A stretch of DNA of 32,000 nucleotides from Candidatus Brocadia sp. (GTDB lineage Bacteria; Planctomycetota; Brocadiia; Brocadiales; Brocadiaceae): NCBI GenBank assembly GCA_021650915.1, contig CP091279.1, forward strand, positions 1,200,001 to 1,232,000, written 5' to 3'. The number at the start of each line of letters is the position of its first letter. Position 1 is the stretch's first letter. The position numbers and the translations under genes are program-made. The notes under the pieces were generated by a model. That model worked only from the letters and a program-made list of their open reading frames with translations, did no database searches and was not told the origin of the DNA. Of this stretch, positions 25,426 to 32,000 are shown piece after piece.

Positions 25426-27147
25426 TTACTCCATTCGGTATTTTTTTTCGGCGATTTTATATAATCGTCGCCAGAACAAACGATTGACCAGCACAACGGT
25501 TAAAATCATGCTGAGGGTGGAAGCCAAAAGCAGAGAATAATCGCCCTTTGCGGTTGCCTGCGAGATGAGCGCACCGATGCCGGTAGCGAAGAACGTCTGC
25601 CCGCCAAAGTGCACAAATTCTGCCACAATGCTGGCGTTCCACGCGCCGCCGCTGGCGGTGATTGCGCCGGTGATGATGAAAGGGAACAATGCAGGCAAAA
25701 TAAGCGTGCGCCACGTTCCCCAACGCGAGAGCTGCAGTAAAGCAGAAGTGTACTTGAGGTCTTGCGGAATTGCACTCGCTCCCGCAATGACGTTGAAAAG
25801 CAAATACCATTGCGTTCCCATCAGCATCAGAAAGACGGCGGCTATATTTAGTCCGCCGGTAACATTGATAAAGAACAGCAAGATGATGGGAAAGATGGCC
25901 GTGGCAGGCACAGCGGCAGTCACTTGGACAATCGGCTGGAGCACTGAAGCAACGTGGCGATTCGTTCCAATGGCGACGCCGACGGGAATTGTCCATGCTA
26001 AAGCAATAACCAAAGAGACGCCTACGCGTAGAAAAGTTGCGAGTACACCGATTCCGATATGTCTCCATTGGCTTTGTGGAACAGAAATCAACATCACCAT
26101 CGCGCGGTAACCAACATAAAGCAAAAGACCGGCGATACACACGGAAAAGGCGCTTCGCCTCCAATTGCGCTTGGGTGATTCATCTTCCAAATTCGACTTT
26201 ACCGGCGCGTGACGAATAGCCCAATGATCAAACTGTTCGCCTAAGCTGGCAAAGGCCGAACGTATCCACAGAAACAAGCGGGAGGTATGGACTAAATCGT
26301 AAAACCATGAGGTTGGCGGCCGGTCGCTTTCGACCATTTCGACTTTGAATCGGTCAGACCAGGCCAGAAGCGGACGCCATACAAATTGGTCGAGCGCCAT
26401 AATGGTAACAATCAAGGCAGTTAGACCAAAAGCAATGGCGCGGAAATCGCCTTGATTGGCGGCCTCTTGCAGATACGCACCCAACCCGGGCAGGCGGAAA
26501 TCTTTTGACCCGACGGTGAAAATTTCTGATGCCATCAAAAAGAACCAGCCGCCCGCCCATGACATTACGCTATTCCAGATGAGTCCAATCATCCCAAACG
26601 GCAATTCCAGACGTTTGAAGCGCAGCCATGTATTCAGGCGAAAGATAGCACTTGCTTCGCGCAACTCTTTTGGAATTGTAGTCAGCGATTGATACCAACC
26701 AAAAGTCATATTCCATGCCTGACTGGTGAATATCAACACAACAGCTGCTGACTCTGTCGCAATGCGTTGGGGCAAGATGGCGCTTAATCCCAACAGGACA
26801 ATCGGCAGAAAGGAAAGGATTGGCACACTCTGCAGCACATCCAGCAGAGGCATAAGGATGGATTCGGCGCGACGGTTATAAGCCGCAACACGCCCATACG
26901 TAAGCGTGAAGAGCAATGAGAGGATATAAGCCCCAAGCATTCGCCCGACCGAAAACAACGTATACCAGGGCAAGGCAGAAGGGTCGAGTGATATTCGCGG
27001 GCCTTTAATGATGGATGGAGAAACGAACGCAAGCCGTACGCCCCCATAAAGAAGCATCGCCATGAATAGAATTACAATTACATCTCCCCATGTAAAGGGA
27101 CGTTCCAGTCGTTCTTTGGGCGGCAGGATATTTTGAAGCAATCCCAT
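25426..27147 (-). CDS. Fused double-domain ABC permease (TauC/SsuC-like, 573 aa)
   Basis: About 12 predicted TM helices in two repeats. Its stop lies 2 nt before the ATPase start, with GGAG inside its last codons. Overlapping ORFs in the track here look like GC-driven artefacts. Confidence 0.8.
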   Translation of the reverse strand: MGLLQNILPPKERLERPFTWGDVIVILFMAMLLYGGVRLAFVSPSIIKGPRISLDPSALPWYTLFSVGRMLGAYILSLLFTLTYGRVAAYNRRAESILMPLLDVLQSVPILSFLPIVLLGLSAILPQRIATESAAVVLIFTSQAWNMTFGWYQSLTTIPKELREASAIFRLNTWLRFKRLELPFGMIGLIWNSVMSWAGGWFFLMASEIFTVGSKDFRLPGLGAYLQEAANQGDFRAIAFGLTALIVTIMALDQFVWRPLLAWSDRFKVEMVESDRPPTSWFYDLVHTSRLFLWIRSAFASLGEQFDHWAIRHAPVKSNLEDESPKRNWRRSAFSVCIAGLLLYVGYRAMVMLISVPQSQWRHIGIGVLATFLRVGVSLVIALAWTIPVGVAIGTNRHVASVLQPIVQVTAAVPATAIFPIILLFFINVTGGLNIAAVFLMLMGTQWYLLFNVIAGASAIPQDLKYTSALLQLSRWGTWRTLILPALFPFIITGAITASGGAWNASIVAEFVHFGGQTFFATGIGALISQATAKGDYSLLLASTLSMILTVVLVNRLFWRRLYKIAEKKYRME

Positions 27148-27769
27148 GTTCTTCTCACAAAATTAAAGCCCCACGTCAAGCGATGCACCGGGCAGGAGGA
27201 AAAGAGACACCTATTAGATATTACGTATTGCCACTCTTTATGCTGTTATTATAATAATTCCAACGCGTCTTTCACTTTTATTCGGTTTGTGAGTGATGAC
27301 TTCAGGTGTTGCAAAGACCAGATAAAAATAAAGGTCGTCAGGATAACAAGACACAGACAATCGCAATGTATCTTGCCAGAGACCCGATCGGAATGTCATG
27401 AAGAGACATGGGAATATCGTTTCGTGGTGTATCAGGAGCGGCAATTACCATGCTATACCCAAGATGCTCATAAAATGTGAATTTTAAATCGATAATAAGG
27501 TGGCATGGACAAACTCTGTTTGTCCGTGTTGAACTACTATAAATCACAAATTGTGAGCCTGTGGAGTATATATACCCGAACAAAGGCAGAACTCATGCGA
27601 AACAAAAAGCTGAAAGATACGATAATAAATTTAAAGAAGCAATTGCCTGATATTTACGATGTGGCCACCACTACCACCCCCCGCCGCCGCAACTCAATTT
27701 TGCGGAGCGAACTGTGTCTGGAAGTCGCCATAGATGAAAAATGCCCCGTCACTTCTGGGCTTTGCCGTT

Positions 27770-28771
27770 CTACTTTTCCGACGGACGGACGCGGCGGAGC
27801 CATTCATCGCGACGGCGGTTCCATTCATCGCGCGCGGCCTTGCCGGAAAGCGTAGTGAACCCCGGCGGAACCCAGATCGATTCCGGAAATGGGCCGTCAC
27901 CGAGCCACAACAACAGATTGCGCTCGCTGATCCGCAGCTTAGCCTTGAACGTCTTTTTCCAGTTTCCGCCCCAAGTACTTGAAACCGTGTTCTCGAACGC
28001 CCAGACGTTGTCCGTAACTTCGATGGACTGGCAATTCTCATGGAGCTTCACAAATGACGAGTGCATTGGCTTCTTTCCATATTTCAGTTCGTTACCGGGG
28101 AATGGCGCCAGGCGCATCAAAACCTTGCGGGACCGCAGCCAGCGGCCGGACGCATCGGTGGCCCTCGTGGCCTTGGCTCCTTGCCGGCAGCTATATCCGC
28201 TGTATCCGCCGTCAAAGAGGCAGTCTTCGATCAACACATCGGGGTAACCACTGTCCGTCTCGATGAGATCGTCACGCCAGTCCTTGGCATAAACGCGGCG
28301 GAACGTGTAGTGTCCGTTTGAATCGCGCGCGGCCCTGAGCGGATCCCAGGAGCGCGTGATCCGCGCATCCTGGAGCGTGCCGCCGTGGCTTTCAATAAAG
28401 CTGAACGCCGCACTGTTGTTGTCATGATATTGATCGTTCCAACTGTTGGTCAAGGGGATGTCGCCGATGATTTCAACGTTTTGAACGAGCGTATCTATAC
28501 TTTTCCGGATCTGGAGGATGTAGTTATTGTCGCGGTTCTTGTCCGCCAGGGCCAAGTAAAACTTCGCCCCTGTGCAATCGACAACGGCGCCGGGCTTCAG
28601 ATTCTGAAGCTTGACACGCTTCCGATGCTCACCCGTCAGGCGGACAACCGAGTCCGCGCCGTCGTCCTGCTGCCGTCGCTTGTTGCCCGAGGTCTGTTGC
28701 CCAAAGACAAGAAATGATGGCAATACAGCAGCCATTACAACAAGTACGCCGATGACTATCACATGCCGCAT
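27770..28771 (-). CDS. GC-rich orphan secreted protein, 333 aa (hypothetical)
   Basis: Signal peptide MRHVIVIGVLVVMAAVLPSFLVFG. AAAGGAG lies 6 nt upstream of the ATG. Long ORF in a roughly 60-70% GC block flanked by roughly 20-35% GC DNA. No family recognised. Confidence 0.6.
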   Translation of the reverse strand: MRHVIVIGVLVVMAAVLPSFLVFGQQTSGNKRRQQDDGADSVVRLTGEHRKRVKLQNLKPGAVVDCTGAKFYLALADKNRDNNYILQIRKSIDTLVQNVEIIGDIPLTNSWNDQYHDNNSAAFSFIESHGGTLQDARITRSWDPLRAARDSNGHYTFRRVYAKDWRDDLIETDSGYPDVLIEDCLFDGGYSGYSCRQGAKATRATDASGRWLRSRKVLMRLAPFPGNELKYGKKPMHSSFVKLHENCQSIEVTDNVWAFENTVSSTWGGNWKKTFKAKLRISERNLLLWLGDGPFPESIWVPPGFTTLSGKAARDEWNRRRDEWLRRVRPSEK

Positions 28772-29426
28772 GGTCGACTCCTTTTGTCTAGGTTAATATT
28801 GATCGATTGCCAACTTGCCATAACAGCGAACATTGAAGGCAGGCATGCTCATTGTTGCGTTATGCCTGGTGTCTGGAGATATCCGCAAAGCAGTAGCCCC
28901 CTCCTCTGAATGCAAACTACCGCTTCGGATGCGTCCGCTCCGCGGTGCACACCTGCCACGCCTTGCTCCTCCGCCGTCGAACAAGTTATTATGCCGTTTC
29001 TGACTTATATAAAAACGAAATTTGAAAGTCAATAAAAAAGATAAATTATTGCCAAAAAACACGTATTTTATTCCCAAATAACATTATTTTTTTGAAATAG
29101 ACAGAAAAGAGGATATTTCATACATGGTTAATATTCCAACTGAATCGTGATTAAAGTACGGGATGGTTTTGAGCACAAGGACCATTTCTGTTTTATATTA
29201 TGATCATTAGTCTGAAATGGCTACAATGCTCCACGGTATCTGCTCGTACGATCAAAAGCCAGACAGTCAATGAGGTACAAAACCCACTCGATTTCCTATC
29301 CTGCGACAAGCTCACACGGAGAATATGCAGACTTCTATTAACAGAAAAAGAGGAAAAAAACATTTCTATTGCCAAAAGATATGGTAAGATTATTAGTGAT
29401 TGAATTAGGCCTTCGGCGACCTTCTC

Positions 29427-29459
29427 ATTGTAGGGCGACGAGACTCGTCGCCCTACAAT
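29427..29459. repeat. 33-nt perfect palindrome/hairpin (GTAGGGCGACGAG-A-CTCGTCGCCCTAC core)
   Basis: ATTGTAGGGCGACGAG A CTCGTCGCCCTACAAT. It lies 24 nt after the stop of small ORF 29200..29403 and has no T-tract. Confidence 0.7.
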
Positions 29460-29717
29460 CGTAACTTTGAAATTCCTTACATTAAATGAGAACAGGATTG
29501 GAAGAATTCGAGGCTATTTCTCACGATCGGGAACAAATACAGGTCTGTGATTTCTCATGACAAAGAGTTGTTATTTCGAAGGAGCATCTCCATTGAAAAA
29601 TCCCAAGATTCCTTATTTCACCCGTAATGACAACATCCCATGTTAACCAACTGAAACCATTTACTATAAAAAGACAGGGTATTTTTACAACCACTCCGCT
29701 CCATTCAGGAAAATGAA

Positions 29718-31268
29718 ATGACAGAAGATAAGAAGGAAAAGATTTTGATCCTCGATTTCGGCTCTCAGTATGCCCAGTTAATTGCACGCCGGGTACGAGA
29801 GAATAACGTCTACAGTGAAATCGTCTCACACAAAATTACCGTGGCTGAGATAAAAAAGAACAAGCCCAGGGGGATTATCCTCAGCGGCGGGCCGGCCAGC
29901 GTCTATGTAAAAAATGCCCCCCGGTGTGAAGAAGAAATAGCGGCCATGGGAATACCCATTTTGGGCATCTGCTACGGGATGCAACTGGGATGTCAGATGC
30001 TGGGCGCCACGGTGAAACCCACCGCTACCCGCGAATACGGAAGAACGGCCTGTACCGTCAACCACGAAAGCAAGCTCTTCAAAACCATGGCCAAAGAGAC
30101 CACTGTCTGGATGAGCCATGGCGATCAGGTGGTTGAATTGTCCGCGGACTTCGAGTCGCTTGCATTCACCCAAAGCTGTCCTTATGCCGCAGTAAAACAT
30201 AAAAAGAAGACATTCTATGGGGTACAATTCCATCCCGAAGTTACGCACACGCCACAGGGCGGCCAGATCATTCGGAATTTTTTGTATGAAATCTGTGGTT
30301 GTGCCGGCGACTGGGAGATGCATTCATATATAGAACATGCCTTGCCCGACATCCGCCGGCAGGTCGGGGAAGGAAGGGTGGTATGCGGGCTCTCCGGCGG
30401 GGTCGATTCAGCAGTGACGGCAGCCCTCATCTATAAGGCCATAGGCAATCACCTGTCCTGTATCTTTGTTGATAACGGTCTTTTAAGGAACAATGAGGCC
30501 GAAGAGGTTGTTAAAACGTTTAAAGAGAATTTTACGGTAGATCTGCATGCCATTGATGCGCGGGAGCGGTTTCTTGATAAATTGAAAGGCGTAACCGATC
30601 CGGAAAAAAAACGCAAGATCATTGGTCACGAATTTATCGAAGTTTTCAAGGAAGAGGCAAAGAAGATATCCCAGGCAAAATTCCTGGCACAGGGCACGCT
30701 CTATCCTGATGTCATTGAGAGCATCCCCGCACACGGGGGCCCGACCGTAGTTATTAAGAGTCATCACAACGTGGGGGGACTACCGGCAGAGTTAGGCTTT
30801 GAATTAATTGAACCCCTGCGGTTTTTATTTAAGGATGAGGTGCGAAAGATCGGGGAAGAACTCGGATTACCGGAAGAGCTGGTCTGGCGTCATCCCTTTC
30901 CCGGCCCGGGACTCGCCATCCGGATTATTGGCGAGGTGACCAAGCCCCGTTTGGAAATCCTTCGCAATGCCGACCGGATTGTTATCGGAGAAATCCACAA
31001 GGCAGGGCTCTATCGTTCCATTGCCCAGTGTTTTGCCGTACTCCTTCCCCTCAGCACGGTGGGGGTCATGGGAGACGAAAGGAGCTATGAAAACGTTATC
31101 GCCGTCCGCGCCGTGGAGACAACCGATTTTATGACCGCGGACTGGTGCCGCATCCCCCACGAGGTTATGGGCATTATTTCCAGCCGGATTATTAACGAGA
31201 TCAAGGGAGTTAATCGGGTCGTTTACGATATTAGCACAAAGCCGCCCAGCACGATCGAATGGGAATAG
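29718..31268 (+). CDS. guaA: GMP synthase (glutamine-hydrolysing)
   Basis: GATase-1 domain ([10 protein letters not shown]...GICYGMQL...HPE) and ATP-PPase domain (SGGVDSAV P-loop). Ends in the conserved ...[10 protein letters not shown]-terminus. Confidence 0.97.
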   Translation: MTEDKKEKILILDFGSQYAQLIARRVRENNVYSEIVSHKITVAEIKKNKPRGIILSGGPASVYVKNAPRCEEEIAAMGIPILGICYGMQLGCQMLGATVKPTATREYGRTACTVNHESKLFKTMAKETTVWMSHGDQVVELSADFESLAFTQSCPYAAVKHKKKTFYGVQFHPEVTHTPQGGQIIRNFLYEICGCAGDWEMHSYIEHALPDIRRQVGEGRVVCGLSGGVDSAVTAALIYKAIGNHLSCIFVDNGLLRNNEAEEVVKTFKENFTVDLHAIDARERFLDKLKGVTDPEKKRKIIGHEFIEVFKEEAKKISQAKFLAQGTLYPDVIESIPAHGGPTVVIKSHHNVGGLPAELGFELIEPLRFLFKDEVRKIGEELGLPEELVWRHPFPGPGLAIRIIGEVTKPRLEILRNADRIVIGEIHKAGLYRSIAQCFAVLLPLSTVGVMGDERSYENVIAVRAVETTDFMTADWCRIPHEVMGIISSRIINEIKGVNRVVYDISTKPPSTIEWE

Positions 31269-31353
31269 CTGCGTTGATGTATCCGTTTTTGTGCCTTGCA
31301 ATAAGCTGAATATGCGCAATACATAGAAACCCTTTTTAATAAGGAGCCTGGGA

Positions 31354-32000
31354 ATGAAATGTCCGCATTGTTTAGAATCATTCCACGACTTTTATGAAGT
31401 AATACCCGTGGGCAACGATGCAAATGGCGATTGGGGCGTTATTAGCAGAAAATGCCCGTCCTGTGAACGGGTAGTATTGGTGTTGGGGAGCGGGAAAATC
31501 GGCAGCATCGGAGGACGCCACGTCCTTGAGTACATCAGGGATGAGCGTCTCATTTATCCCAGGGCGCCCAGTCGTGCGCCGCTCTCAAAGGAAGTCCCCG
31601 AGGTATTTGCAAGCGAGTATCGGGAGGCCTGTACCGTGCTGACAGACAGCCCAAAGGCAAGCGCGGCGCTGAGCCGCCGGTGTCTGCAGCACCTGCTGCG
31701 GGAAAGAGCGCAGGTTAGGCCGTCCAATCTTGCAGATGAAATTCAGCAAGTAATCGGTGACGGGACGTTGCCGGTATACATCGCAGAGTCGATTGATGAC
31801 GTCCGGAATATTGGCAATTTTGCAACCTACCCGATCAAGAGCGAAAGGCCGGGCGAGATTGTAGACGTTGAGCCAGGCGAGGCCGACTGGAATCTCGATG
31901 TGCTGGAGGCGCTCTTTAATTTTTATTTTGTCCAGCCAGCAATCATAAAGAAGAAACGGGAAATCCTGAGTCTCAAACTGAAGGAAGCTGATAAAAAAGG
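31354..32000 (+). CDS. Zinc-ribbon + DUF4145-like protein (3' end beyond the window)
   Basis: Own translation: MKCPHCLESFHDF...RKCPSCERVVLVLG (CxxC...CxxC), then ...ACTVLTDSPKASAALSRRCLQHLLRE...LADEIQQVIGDGTLPVYIAESIDDVRNIGNFATYP, the DUF4145 pattern (RR.LE.lL...L...I..l...g.lp......d.vR..GN.a.H). AAGGAG lies 8 nt upstream. Confidence 0.6.
   Translation, partial: MKCPHCLESFHDFYEVIPVGNDANGDWGVISRKCPSCERVVLVLGSGKIGSIGGRHVLEYIRDERLIYPRAPSRAPLSKEVPEVFASEYREACTVLTDSPKASAALSRRCLQHLLRERAQVRPSNLADEIQQVIGDGTLPVYIAESIDDVRNIGNFATYPIKSERPGEIVDVEPGEADWNLDVLEALFNFYFVQPAIIKKKREILSLKLKEADKK

Noticed and set aside
25457-26219. 235-aa, 181-aa and other ORFs overlapping the ABC permease
   Set aside because: High GC suppresses stop codons in the alternative frames. 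Their translations are R/C/A-rich with no TM pattern, whereas the permease frame gives coherent TM helices.
27338-27583. Possible GNAT acetyltransferase remnant (…LKFTFYEHLGYSMV… on the minus strand)
   Set aside because: Only a 12-aa resemblance to the GNAT C-terminal FYEKLGF motif. There is no acetyl-CoA-binding Q/RxxGxG/A motif upstream. This is too little to call a pseudogene.
27133-27855. + strand ORFs 27133..27480 and 27505..27855
   Set aside because: The first overlaps the permease start and its promoter region. The second runs into the 3' end of the 333-aa gene. Neither has an SD or a recognisable domain.
27694-28717. Multiple ORFs on both strands overlapping the 333-aa gene (e.g. 27741..28247 +, 27694..28041 -, 28385..28717 +)
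   Set aside because: Same GC-driven artefact. Only the 27770..28771 frame has a signal peptide, a strong SD and normal amino-acid composition.
28793-29077. 94-aa minus-strand ORF upstream of the 333-aa gene
   Set aside because: It spans the GC-to-AT transition, has no SD, and its translation is R/G-rich then K/F-rich. It more likely covers the promoter/leader of the 333-aa gene.
29460-29717. Purine riboswitch upstream of guaA, and c-di-GMP riboswitch near the HD-GYP gene (3505-3800)
   Set aside because: Neither the three-way junction with conserved loop sequences of purine riboswitches nor GEMM-type cores are recognisable by eye.
1-32000. CRISPR arrays, tRNA, rRNA, tmRNA, SRP RNA and integrase/att sites
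   Set aside because: I scanned the intergenic regions by eye. There are no regularly spaced direct repeats, no cloverleaf-compatible GTTCGAATC-type T-arms, and no conserved SRP or tmRNA cores. Absence is by inspection only, so tRNAscan-SE or Infernal should confirm it.

Overview
Bacterial chromosomal window, mostly minus-strand genes, with very uneven base composition. Spot counts on single 60-nt lines give 28% GC at 2281-2340, 48% at 9001-9060, 58% at 25561-25620, 70% at 28141-28200 and 20% at 29041-29100. LEFT (1-4.3 kb): the 5' part of a GT2 glycosyltransferase, a lone flagellin gene, a GAF/HD-GYP c-di-GMP phosphodiesterase, then about 0.85 kb without a convincing ORF. 4.36-13.9 kb: one long, tightly coupled MoxR / DUF58 / VWA 'Bat' (aerotolerance-type) operon, batA-E plus extra genes. 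MIDDLE (14-21.6 kb): mobB-like gene, monoheme cytochrome c, rtcA, and four poorly characterised genes: a 345-aa unknown, a xylose-isomerase-like TIM barrel, a Cache-only membrane sensor and a 577-aa unknown. RIGHT (21.6-29.7 kb): accessory-looking mosaic. It holds a MITE copy, a decayed RES toxin next to an intact Xre-type antitoxin, rnk, a small secreted protein, a 277-bp interrupted foldback repeat, a two-gene ABC transporter with no binding protein, and a very GC-rich orphan secreted protein. These are followed by guaA and a partial DUF4145/zinc-ribbon gene at the right edge. I saw no rRNA, tRNA or CRISPR array. The best-supported new observations are a 101-102 bp MITE-like element in two inverted copies 21.2 kb apart, the RES/Xre toxin-antitoxin remnant, and the nested foldback repeat. 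I did not find a complete multi-gene system that I can defend as novel. The most system-like unknowns are the extra genes in the Bat operon and the uncharacterised 16.4-21.6 kb block. All family calls come from motif recognition by eye, with no database search.
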